Below are positions 25,127 through 33,162 of a stretch of DNA of 33,162 nt, one piece after another. The stretch lies in IMG/VR virus record IMGVR_UViG_3300000756_000003, one strand, 5' to 3'. A program made the position numbers and the translations under genes. This stretch comes from a virus. The notes under the pieces were generated by a model. It was not told where the DNA came from and made no database searches. It was given only the letters and a program-made list of their open reading frames with translations. Each line of letters starts with the position of its first letter. Positions within the stretch are counted from its first letter, which is position 1.

Positions 25127-25654
25127 TTAGATAGATATAATCGCTGCGATAATAGCGTCATCAACCTCTGGCATTGGAGCTGGTTCTTGAGCTACAAATA
25201 CCAATTGATAGTTATTAGCGTCTGCCTTAGCGACACCCGAACCACCCGATAATTCTTGAAGAATTGCTCCATCAGTCAAACCGATAAACCAATACAAGTT
25301 ATTACTATCTTTTACGATGATAGCCAATTGTTTCTGACCAGCAGCCAATTTCTTAATCGCCTCTCTTTTTAATTTTTCACGTCTTGATAATACCAAAGTC
25401 GCTCTTTGTTCAAAGAAGGTTGTTCCGTTTTCCAACGAAACGTTTATTGTTTCTTCAAATGAAGAAGTATTTCTGTTGAATTGGAATTCATAAAACTTAG
25501 TAGAACCAACCATTGAAATTGCTGTAATCTCACCACTTACTTCAGTGGTTGAAGATACATTTTCAAAGTCAGCGATATACATTTTTAAAATCCCTCCCGT
25601 GTTAGTATCACAACTCTTTGCGATACCAGCGGATAATGCCGAACATATTGCCAT
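25127..25654 (-). CDS. Tail-tube-like (major tail) protein, short paralogue (175 aa)
   Basis: Lies directly downstream of the capsid gene. The overall pattern (GGIxKMYIADF ... FxFxxxTSSFEE ... ENG ... D-x-N-N-L-Y-W ... G ... GGSG ... DANNYQL) resembles TP901-1/phi13-type major tail proteins. From memory, not verified. Confidence 0.5.
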   Translation of the reverse strand: MAICSALSAGIAKSCDTNTGGILKMYIADFENVSSTTEVSGEITAISMVGSTKFYEFQFNRNTSSFEETINVSLENGTTFFEQRATLVLSRREKLKREAIKKLAAGQKQLAIIVKDSNNLYWFIGLTDGAILQELSGGSGVAKADANNYQLVFVAQEPAPMPEVDDAIIAAIISI

Positions 25655-25696
25655 TTTTATATATTTTTAATTTAATTTATTATTTCTTAATAATAG

Positions 25697-25718
25697 GGGT
25701 AGTCAACGAACTACCCCC
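25697..25718 (-). terminator. Hairpin downstream of the capsid gene (attenuator or mRNA stabiliser)
   Basis: ggggtag (25697..25703) / ctacccc (25712..25718), 7-bp stem. On the minus strand it is followed by tattatt, only a weak U-tract. Confidence 0.4.
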
Positions 25719-25734
25719 AATTTGTATGTATTGA

Positions 25735-26646
25735 TTAGTTGAAGTATACAATCTCAGAACCAACTAAGTATCCTACCGCATATTTCAAGTGAGCCGTAAA
25801 TCTTACTTCTGGAGCTCCACTGATTGCTCTTTGTGGGATGATGTTGATTTCTTCAAAGTCAGAAACTAAGTCAGTTAACAATACGAAGTTAGATTTTGCT
25901 CCAGCTACCATTTTGTTATCACCTAATCCATTAGCTACGATGATTTCCACACCTAAGAAAGTTAATGGTAAATCTTGTCTGTAGTAAGCTTCAGCTGATG
26001 CTGCTGCCAATGATTGTCTGTATAAAGATGCCGCTTTAGGGTTCATAAAGATAGCCAAATCTTCTTTAGTTCTAACCGTAGTTGGTAGAGCGTCATATAC
26101 TTTAGAGATAGCAGTTACAATGTTTGAAATTGTTAAAGCTGAAGACGTTACGTCAACAACTGAAGCATCCGCCAATAATTGTTTTTGTAATCCATTATCA
26201 CAAGTTAACAAAGATGTTTGAGTAACTCCCGTTCCAACCCAAGTGTAGTATTCTAAATCTTGAGCGATTTTCTTAGCAACTTGTTCCAACAAATATGCCT
26301 CAACCGTAGCTGGGATATCAGAGTTGTTTGAACCAGCTCTCATCAATTCAGATAAGTAAGAAGTTTCTAATGTGTTAACACAATAAGCTAAGTTAACTTT
26401 CATAGAACAAACCTCAAATGATTTTTGAGCCAATGTTCCTTCACCCGTATTAGAGAACGAACAACTTTCGTCTTGTAACAAAGTCCCCATATCTAATGAC
26501 GCTAATTTAATTTTTGACTTAACATTAGGAATTAATCTAAAGTTTTTAGCCGTTGACGCTTCTAACAATGCAGTTGAGTAAAACCCTTCAGCATCTTTTC
26601 CGTAGTAAGTCGTGTTGTTTGTAAATGTTAATTTGAAATCTTTCAT
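25735..26646 (-). CDS. Major capsid protein (HK97-fold)
   Basis: 303 aa. Lies downstream of the protease/scaffold. The N-terminal delta-less layout and segments such as LAYCVNTLETSYLSELMRAG, YYTWVGTG and FMNPKAASLY are typical of HK97-like capsid proteins. Preceded by an 87-bp AT-rich leader and followed by a hairpin. Confidence 0.8.
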   Translation of the reverse strand: MKDFKLTFTNNTTYYGKDAEGFYSTALLEASTAKNFRLIPNVKSKIKLASLDMGTLLQDESCSFSNTGEGTLAQKSFEVCSMKVNLAYCVNTLETSYLSELMRAGSNNSDIPATVEAYLLEQVAKKIAQDLEYYTWVGTGVTQTSLLTCDNGLQKQLLADASVVDVTSSALTISNIVTAISKVYDALPTTVRTKEDLAIFMNPKAASLYRQSLAAASAEAYYRQDLPLTFLGVEIIVANGLGDNKMVAGAKSNFVLLTDLVSDFEEINIIPQRAISGAPEVRFTAHLKYAVGYLVGSEIVYFN

Positions 26647-26733
26647 TTTTTAACTTTTTATTTTTTATTATTTATTTTTTATTTTTACGATTATAAATGA
26701 AATTATATTTGTAGTTATATTCGTAGATTTTTA

Positions 26734-27342
26734 TTATTTAGAAGTTCCCCATCCTTCTCTTCTTTTACTTTCGGGGATATTTGGAACATTACCATTACCA
26801 ACTTGTGTAGGTTGTTCTGATTTAGGAGCTATCACTAAATTTTTAGTATCTTGTTGATAGAAGTATTTAACCCAATAATGTTTACATCTTGCTCCTCCAC
26901 GCCAATCAAAAATTGAGTATGTGTCAACCCCATTTGGACCTTGACCTGGATTAGTTGAGTTTAATGATATAATTGATTGGTATGGTAACATTGATAAACT
27001 TGAACGATTAACTAACTTAATACAGAAATTACGACTATTAGGACCAACATTAGTTGAACCATACTCATCAGAAATATATCTGTATAGGTTAATTACTTTA
27101 GTTGCTGCGAACTCAATGTTATCTCCGTGTTCTACATCATCAATACCACCAACTCTTACGTAATATTGTGGGTCATTTACTTGTTCTTCAGTAATACCTA
27201 ACTCTTCAAAACTTATAAATAAAGTATCGTCTTCCAACACTGATAAATAATGTTGTTCCAAATCTGATGATAGGATGTTTAACCCCCTTGATTGGGGGTC
27301 AAAGTTATCCATATTTAATCCAAATTTGATATTCTGACACAT
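26734..27342 (-). CDS. Minor head / head-morphogenesis-like protein (MuF/gp7-like C-terminal domain, 202 aa)
   Basis: SRNFCIKLVNRS ... NPGQGPNGVDTYSIFDWRGGARCKHYW resembles the conserved C-terminal Cys/His block of minor head proteins encoded near portal/protease genes (from memory). Coupled to the protease gene by TAATTATG. Confidence 0.35.
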   Translation of the reverse strand: MCQNIKFGLNMDNFDPQSRGLNILSSDLEQHYLSVLEDDTLFISFEELGITEEQVNDPQYYVRVGGIDDVEHGDNIEFAATKVINLYRYISDEYGSTNVGPNSRNFCIKLVNRSSLSMLPYQSIISLNSTNPGQGPNGVDTYSIFDWRGGARCKHYWVKYFYQQDTKNLVIAPKSEQPTQVGNGNVPNIPESKRREGWGTSK

Positions 27343-27344
27343 AA

Positions 27345-28418
27345 TTAATGTTTTGAGAATGCTCTTACTCTTGATAAGATGAACTCATCATTTTTAAGTT
27401 GTTTTTCACTTCTATCATCTTTCTTAGAGATAGTATCCGCTCCAGCAGTTTTAGATAAAGTTTCAACTTTAGTTGATAACTCTTCTTCAACTTTTTTAGC
27501 TTCAGTTAACTTAGCTTCCAACTCAGCGACTTTCGCCTCTAATTCAGCATAAGCGTTTTTAAATTCATCAAATAAAGGTTGAACTATTGTTAAAACTTCT
27601 TCATTAGTTAATTTTTCAGTTGTAGGTTCAACAACAACTTCTTCTTCAGTTGACATTTCTTCTTCAACAACTTCTTCTTCTGATGATGATACTTCAACTA
27701 TTTTAGCTTCAGCATCAATAACAACTACACTACCATCTTCCAATTCGTGTTCACCTTCGGGTGCTAATTGTGTCATTTCTGGGTCTAAGAACAATTGAGT
27801 TCCAACTCCTAAGTCACCATCGTAGTATATTACTACACCATCTTTTCTTTTAATTTCCATTAGATTTATATTTATATTTATTTTATTATGTGCTGATAAT
27901 TCAACCAACTCAACATCACATTTAAGTTCAACTGAGAAACCTTTTACTTCTCCATTGGATACATAATCATTCCAAAAGTTTTGGTCTTCAACTTTAACCG
28001 CTCCGAACCAAGTTCCTTCGGGTAATTCAAATCCATAGTTTTGTGATTTATCAATCTGACCTACAATCCAATTCTCTTTTAAATAAGCTTCAACCATCTT
28101 GTCTGAATGTTGGAAGTTGAATACATCATTAAACTTATTCTTATTATATTTGTCAGCGATTAATTCAATCGTTTCTTTATCAAATACAATGTTGTATTCA
28201 GTCCCATTATCATCCCTACGATAAATCATTTTATCGGGAATTAGTAATGGACCATAAAGTAATTGTTTATCTTTATTGGCAGAGAATTTAACTTCAATCA
28301 TTTTAGATAGTTTAATCCAATCTACCTCAATTGCTGGTTCGTCTACCAATGACACTGAGTAAACTCCACTCTCATCATTTGGGTTTACTACAATTCTATA
28401 TAAAGGTAATTTATTCAT
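27345..28418 (-). CDS. Prohead protease (XkdF-like) fused to an acidic coiled-coil scaffold domain
   Basis: The N-terminal VSLVDEPAIEVDW, LLYGPLLIPDK and NFQHS are XkdF/Peptidase_S78_2-like. The C-terminal 110 aa is E-rich and helical (EEEVVEEEMSTEEEVV..., ELEAKVAELEAKLTEAKK). Confidence 0.6.
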   Translation of the reverse strand: MNKLPLYRIVVNPNDESGVYSVSLVDEPAIEVDWIKLSKMIEVKFSANKDKQLLYGPLLIPDKMIYRRDDNGTEYNIVFDKETIELIADKYNKNKFNDVFNFQHSDKMVEAYLKENWIVGQIDKSQNYGFELPEGTWFGAVKVEDQNFWNDYVSNGEVKGFSVELKCDVELVELSAHNKINININLMEIKRKDGVVIYYDGDLGVGTQLFLDPEMTQLAPEGEHELEDGSVVVIDAEAKIVEVSSSEEEVVEEEMSTEEEVVVEPTTEKLTNEEVLTIVQPLFDEFKNAYAELEAKVAELEAKLTEAKKVEEELSTKVETLSKTAGADTISKKDDRSEKQLKNDEFILSRVRAFSKH

Positions 28419-28453
28419 AACATTAAATATTTAGTTTCATTTATTTGTAGATA

Positions 28454-31400
28454 TTAGAATGTTGTTCGTTGTTTAATTCTATTATCCTTATTTTGGGAAT
28501 TAGTCATATCTGATGATACAACGTATGTCTTGATAGGTCTATCCATCATTTGAGCAATTAAGTTCTCCAAACGTGTGGTATCAATGTTTGTTTGTTGAAC
28601 TACACCTCCCATCGCCATCATTGGTGATGATTTAAGTAATGGAGCTCCACCACCAGCTTGGTTAATTTGGTCTAACATTGGTAAGAACATTTTGGTTGAT
28701 TTAGCATTGATAACACTTTCACCATTTGATAATAATGTTGGAACACTATCTGATGTTCCACTACCAGGTCCTTTAACCATACCACCCGTTGCCAATTTCT
28801 GAGGGGGATTTGAAGCGATTGCCGCTACCGATAATGTCCCTAAGATTGCTGCCGCTGCCATACCAAATGGGTTAGGTGATGCCTTTAAAACTGATAATGT
28901 CGCTTGAACACCAGCTTCAACCATAGCATATTCCCACTTTCTAACTTCACCTTTATATTCAGCTTCTCTTATTTTATCATCATACTCTTTTTGAATTATT
29001 TCACGTTCTTTAGCTCTAGCTCTATCCTTATCCAACTTCGCCTTATCGGCATTTGACATATCAGAATTCATATCCTCATACGCTTGAGTTTCCTCATCAA
29101 AAGCGGTCAAAGCGGCATCCTTAGCATTAGTGATAACACTAACATTACTATCAGTTATATTATCACTAATATTATTCATAATACTAATTATTGATGAAGC
29201 CAATGATGAGTAGAAATCTAAATATTTCGCTCTTCTATCTTTTAAACTATCATCATCAGTTTTAATACTTTCTTTAAGGAATAACTTATTTAACTTCTTG
29301 ATTTGGTCTGTTGATAACTTAGCTAATAACTCAGCTGATACCCCATTCTTAATTAAGAAATCATTAATTAATAAAGTATTCTTTTGTAAGAAATTTTTAT
29401 TCTCTAATGTTGCTTCTAAATTACCCTTAGCGACTTCATCGGGGAATATACCAAGAAAGTTTTTAACGTTTTGACCGAATGTTTTATCGTTCTCTTTTGA
29501 AGTATCAATAAAATCTTTATAAGATGTTTTTAACTTACTAAAATCAAAATCTTGAAGTTTAAGATTGGTAATATCTTTCTCAATAGCAGTGAAGAATAAA
29601 TCAATATCAGAGGTTGTTTTACCAAATTCCTTCCCAAGTTCTTGTATTTGGAATGTGTATGCTCTTACCGCATTTTCGTTTTTTGTTGTTACTATAACAC
29701 CTTTCTCAAACTCTTCTAAATACTCACCAAATAACTTTTTAGATTGACTAATACCTTCAGCGGTATTAGCCATTGGGTATTCCGTTATAAATTCTTTAGT
29801 ATTAAAATCAATAATTTGTTTTCTAATTGATGCTAAATTATCTGTAATCTCAGTATAATTCTTAGCTGGAAATAACTCTCTTAATACATTAAAATCTTTA
29901 GTTTTAATAGTTGTTTGAATTGTTTTAATACCATCCTCTAATGTCTTAATTCCACTCTTAACGTCTGTAATATATGTCTCTGTTGCCGTTGTATCTAAAC
30001 CCTTTGATTGTTCGTCAATTAAGGTTTTTTCTTCTTCAATTAATCGTTTATTTAATTTAATTAATTCTTCCTTACCAGTAATTTGAATTTGATTTAATGT
30101 TTTTACCTTATCAGCAACCGATATAGTAACGTCATCAATCTGAGTAAATGTTTCTTTAATACTTTTTTCATCAACCTTAAATAACTCTAATCCTTCAAAT
30201 TGTAATTTATCTTTAATGTTTTCAAAGTATTGTCCTAAGATTTCTTCTTGTCCCTTTAATTGTGTTTTAACACCATCAATATCAACACCAATCGTCATCC
30301 TATCTAAAGCTAATGGTGTGATAATATCTTTAACTTTTAAATAACTTTCGGTGATTGTATTGATATAGTTTAATTGTGCTGGTTCAGCATTCTCAAACTC
30401 CTTTCTAATCTCTTGTATTGATTTAACAAACTCATCCCTTTTACCAAAGAACCCAGCACTTAATCTTTTTCTTACACCATCAAACTTAGCCCCAAACTCA
30501 TCTAATACACCAATGTTTTCTTGAATACCAATTTTATACGCTTCACTAAAAGCATTGATATTGGGGATAAGGTCTTTTGGAGTATCTTTAATACTTTTTA
30601 ATTTAGTATCTAAATCAGTTAAGTCCTCAATTATTTTAGGTTTAACACTCTCAGAATTTATTTCAATAGTGATTAGTTTTAATTTCTCCAAAGCATCAAC
30701 TTGTGATTGGATAAGAGCATCAAGAATTCTTTTATTCTCTTCTTCAAGTTTTTTATTAACATTAGTAACTTTCTTACTACCCTTATCAATCGTTTCAGCA
30801 GTGGTTCTTAACCCCGTTGAATTGATTGTATTGGTATCAGTAATCGCTCTACTAACAACAACTTTTAACGCTCCTTGAACTGATTTTAATTTACCTTCAA
30901 CATCAGAGATTTCATTTTTAACATTAGCTAATCCACTCGCCTCTTCAGCTTGAGCCATATTGAAATCTTGTAATCCCTTTGTTAAAACATCATAATTGGT
31001 TTGACTAAGTAATTTTTGTTTTTGTAATTTAAGTAATTTATCCTCCAACTTAGCTTGTTCACCTAAGTATTTTTGTATCTTTTCTTCATTAACTTGTAAT
31101 GAGTATTTAACCTTTAAGAATTGAATATACTCATCCAATGACTTATTAACTTGGTTTTGGAATAAGGTCTCATCAGATAAGTTTTTTAATGTTGTTCCAT
31201 ATGTTGAGTTGATTTTATCAATCAAATCCTTTCTATCCTTAGATAGGGGGTTAGTAACTTTTAATTGTTCTATTAACAATAAGTAACTTGAACCTTCCTT
31301 ACCCATAAATTCAACATACTCTTTTTCAGCTTCAGCTAACGCCTTCTTCTGTTCTGCCGCTTGTTTCTCAGCTTTTTCTTGTTTCTCAGTTTTATTAGTT

Positions 31401-31990
31401 AATAAAGTATAAGCTCCAATAAGAGCGGTAACGACACCCAATAGTATTCCCATAGGTGAAACCTTCATTACAAGATTTAACGCCTTCTGAGCTAATGTAA
31501 GACCCTCAGTTGCGGTTGTCTCAGCTACCACCAAGTTGATACCAATGGCACGAGCGATATTAGTCAAACCGATATTGGCAGCACTTTCCTTTTGGATTAA
31601 TGCCCCAATTGTTTGAAGGGAGTTGATTGTTGTGGTTACGATGATTAATTTCTTAGTCGCTTCCTCAGCACTCTGAGTTGATAATCCCAAAACCTCAAAT
31701 GCTGAAGTCACCAATCCAAATGAAGCGGCAATACCTTGAGCTATCTCATTAGCGGCAGTCAATCCACGTAAGTCATCAGCGAAGAATTTAACATTCGCTT
31801 GTAAGTCACCAATTTTATCTTTTAATGAACCAGCCGCTTTGTTGATGTCGTTAAACGCTTGACTACCCTCAGACACATTTTGAGCTGCGACTAATAAGTC
31901 CTTTAACGCTTTTCTTGTTTGTCCAACGGATTTCGCTGCATCAGCAGCATCTATTAATATTTTTATGTTAATATCTTTTTCTTCAGCCAT
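28454..31990 (-). CDS. Tape-measure-like protein (1178 aa)
   Basis: The N-terminal region has hydrophobic segments (GILLGVVTALIGAYTLL), followed by a long coiled-coil K/E-rich centre. The C-terminal segment has a hydrophobic stretch (AAAILGTLSVAAIA) followed by GGMVKGPGSGTSDSVPTLLSNGESVINA, a motif I associate with tape-measure C-termini. Confidence 0.6.
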   Translation of the reverse strand: MAEEKDINIKILIDAADAAKSVGQTRKALKDLLVAAQNVSEGSQAFNDINKAAGSLKDKIGDLQANVKFFADDLRGLTAANEIAQGIAASFGLVTSAFEVLGLSTQSAEEATKKLIIVTTTINSLQTIGALIQKESAANIGLTNIARAIGINLVVAETTATEGLTLAQKALNLVMKVSPMGILLGVVTALIGAYTLLTNKTEKQEKAEKQAAEQKKALAEAEKEYVEFMGKEGSSYLLLIEQLKVTNPLSKDRKDLIDKINSTYGTTLKNLSDETLFQNQVNKSLDEYIQFLKVKYSLQVNEEKIQKYLGEQAKLEDKLLKLQKQKLLSQTNYDVLTKGLQDFNMAQAEEASGLANVKNEISDVEGKLKSVQGALKVVVSRAITDTNTINSTGLRTTAETIDKGSKKVTNVNKKLEEENKRILDALIQSQVDALEKLKLITIEINSESVKPKIIEDLTDLDTKLKSIKDTPKDLIPNINAFSEAYKIGIQENIGVLDEFGAKFDGVRKRLSAGFFGKRDEFVKSIQEIRKEFENAEPAQLNYINTITESYLKVKDIITPLALDRMTIGVDIDGVKTQLKGQEEILGQYFENIKDKLQFEGLELFKVDEKSIKETFTQIDDVTISVADKVKTLNQIQITGKEELIKLNKRLIEEEKTLIDEQSKGLDTTATETYITDVKSGIKTLEDGIKTIQTTIKTKDFNVLRELFPAKNYTEITDNLASIRKQIIDFNTKEFITEYPMANTAEGISQSKKLFGEYLEEFEKGVIVTTKNENAVRAYTFQIQELGKEFGKTTSDIDLFFTAIEKDITNLKLQDFDFSKLKTSYKDFIDTSKENDKTFGQNVKNFLGIFPDEVAKGNLEATLENKNFLQKNTLLINDFLIKNGVSAELLAKLSTDQIKKLNKLFLKESIKTDDDSLKDRRAKYLDFYSSLASSIISIMNNISDNITDSNVSVITNAKDAALTAFDEETQAYEDMNSDMSNADKAKLDKDRARAKEREIIQKEYDDKIREAEYKGEVRKWEYAMVEAGVQATLSVLKASPNPFGMAAAAILGTLSVAAIASNPPQKLATGGMVKGPGSGTSDSVPTLLSNGESVINAKSTKMFLPMLDQINQAGGGAPLLKSSPMMAMGGVVQQTNIDTTRLENLIAQMMDRPIKTYVVSSDMTNSQNKDNRIKQRTTF

Positions 31991-32035
31991 AGTATTCTAT
32001 TTATACTAAAGTATATGTTACTTTGAAATTGATTA

Positions 32036-32209
32036 TTAGAAGTTGATACTTGAATTGGTAACGTCAAACGCCCAATCAAAACCCTCATTGAAATACTTCT
32101 CATATTCGGAGGGGTCAACTAAATTAGTATCAAATATTTTATTATCATATCTATATGATTGTATCTCCAAGATAGTCCCCATATATTCTTGTTTAATTGT
32201 ATATGTCAT
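32036..32209 (-). CDS. Second copy of the 57-aa small ORF (same as 510..683)
   Basis: Lies within wrap-around repeat copy B. Confidence 0.45.
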   Translation of the reverse strand: MTYTIKQEYMGTILEIQSYRYDNKIFDTNLVDPSEYEKYFNEGFDWAFDVTNSSINF

Positions 32210-32211
32210 AA

Positions 32212-33162
32212 TTAAAATGGTCTATTATAATAGTATCTAAAATAGTTCTCCAACCTTGTTTGTAATGCTCTACTGATGTATGATGGTATCATTAATACCA
32301 TAGCGATGTGAGTTCCACTTGTGGCATAGGTTGATGCCTTATTACCAATAGAGATTTGTCTATCAAACATTCTATAACTACCATCACTATTGTAGTCAGC
32401 ATTAGTATATGTTGAAGTAGTAATAATTTTAGGTTGTTCGTTACCATTTACGTATATGTCTAAAGCACAAGAATTACCTCCAACTCTGGCATCTCTTGGG
32501 TTACCATAAAATTTATTACCAATAGTTGCTTGAGTTGGAGGTAAAAGACCACCATCAATTCTTAATTGGTGTTTAATTGTTACTAAACTAAAATCATTAA
32601 GTAAATCAACACCAGCAGTCCCCGATAATAAAGTAACAGAACCAGCACTTCCTCCACCTAATTCAAAAGTTAATCTACCAGCAGAATTCACTTCTATTAA
32701 GATATCATTTGGAGTTGGTAATGAACTACTATCCCTTCCATCAAATAAAGTATATGTCGCTCCAGGTTTTCTTTTAACTACCATCATATAAGTAAATCCT
32801 CTACCACTACCAATATTTGGTGATGTGACTGAGTAATACATTGGAGCGGCAGTAACATTCGCTGATAACATATAATATGAAGCATTGGTTTGAAAATCTA
32901 AATAATTTTTACCACCCAAACCACCTATTACTAATTTAGGACAGAATGATGTTCCAGCTTGAGTAAAGATATTCTCATAAGGTGGGAAGATATCATTAGA
33001 CCTTTTATCAATCTGATTATATAGAATAGTCGCTTGGTTATTAGTTGTGGCACAATTATCCGCATTTACATAAAATACGGGTTTATATCTTGGGTCATCA
33101 ATATCATTTGGATTTAATGAATTCCAACGATTAGTTAGGAGGTTAAGATAACCTCCACTCAA
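32212..33162 (-). CDS. Second copy of the LamG-like gene, 5'-truncated by the window edge (same as 686..1636)
   Basis: The protein text is identical to residues 21-336 of the 686..1696 product. Confidence 0.55.
   Translation of the reverse strand: MSGGYLNLLTNRWNSLNPNDIDDPRYKPVFYVNADNCATTNNQATILYNQIDKRSNDIFPPYENIFTQAGTSFCPKLVIGGLGGKNYLDFQTNASYYMLSANVTAAPMYYSVTSPNIGSGRGFTYMMVVKRKPGATYTLFDGRDSSSLPTPNDILIEVNSAGRLTFELGGGSAGSVTLLSGTAGVDLLNDFSLVTIKHQLRIDGGLLPPTQATIGNKFYGNPRDARVGGNSCALDIYVNGNEQPKIITTSTYTNADYNSDGSYRMFDRQISIGNKASTYATSGTHIAMVLMIPSYISRALQTRLENYFRYYYNRPF

Larger units (their letters stand above)
31527..33162. repeat. Wrap-around / terminal redundancy, copy B (identical to 1..1636)
   Basis: Same as copy A. 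The repeat ends exactly at the window edge and both boundaries fall inside coding sequence. Confidence 0.95.

Noticed and set aside
2452-30878. Plus-strand ORFs nested inside long minus-strand genes: 2452..2760, 5872..6108, 6560..6910, 7563..7745, 11808..12017, 15401..15610, 16598..16822, 18113..18304, 19346..19552, 22002..22196, 23314..23562, 29565..29747, 30555..30878
   Set aside because: All lie entirely or mostly antisense to much longer ORFs with recognisable protein motifs. Their translations are dominated by I/L/F/S/V runs, typical of antisense reading of AT-rich coding DNA. None has its own intergenic space.
28454-31990. Lytic (peptidoglycan hydrolase) domain inside the tape-measure-like protein
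   Set aside because: I found no lysozyme, M23, CHAP or transglycosylase-like motif. The C-terminal GPGSGTSDS...SNGE block is a conserved tape-measure-type motif, not a known catalytic site.

Overview
The window holds one complete, AT-rich tailed-phage genome of 31,526 bp plus 1,636 bp of wrap-around redundancy: 1..1636 is identical to 31527..33162. I count about 45 protein genes. All but two lie on the minus strand, packed with TAATG, TAATTATG and ATGA junctions and A-rich leaders that lack an obvious Shine-Dalgarno. From protein motifs I recognise a large terminase, a portal, an XkdF-type prohead protease/scaffold, an HK97-like major capsid protein and two paralogous tail-tube-like proteins. 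There is also an 1178-aa tape-measure-like protein and a run of very large tail/fibre proteins (590, 996, 1033, 292 aa) that ends in a LamG-like protein. Further calls are a holin, a YkuD-like cell-wall enzyme, a Dam-like N6-adenine methyltransferase, a PD-(D/E)XK nuclease, a HAD-like phosphatase, a sigma-like regulator and a winged-HTH replication/regulator protein. I saw no integrase, repressor, DNA polymerase, helicase, tRNA, rRNA or CRISPR array. Five points stand out. (1) A 410-bp control region (20230..20639) carries a GC-rich palindrome, a stretch of about 8% GC, and five phased 15-bp sites G[G/T]G[T/A]CA-N3-TGTCCC next to the wHTH gene. (2) A T9 tract / T_TTT_TTT slippery site in the 231-aa chaperone-like gene opens a 109-codon start-less -1 frame. 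(3) Tandem tube-like paralogues (175 and 276 aa) are separated by a strong terminator, and the second carries a 100-aa insertion. (4) A plus-strand moron encodes a 118-aa protein with protein-kinase-like catalytic motifs. (5) The morphogenesis gene order is scrambled. The host is probably a member of Bacteroidota (inference only). All functional calls rest on motif recognition by eye, with no database search.
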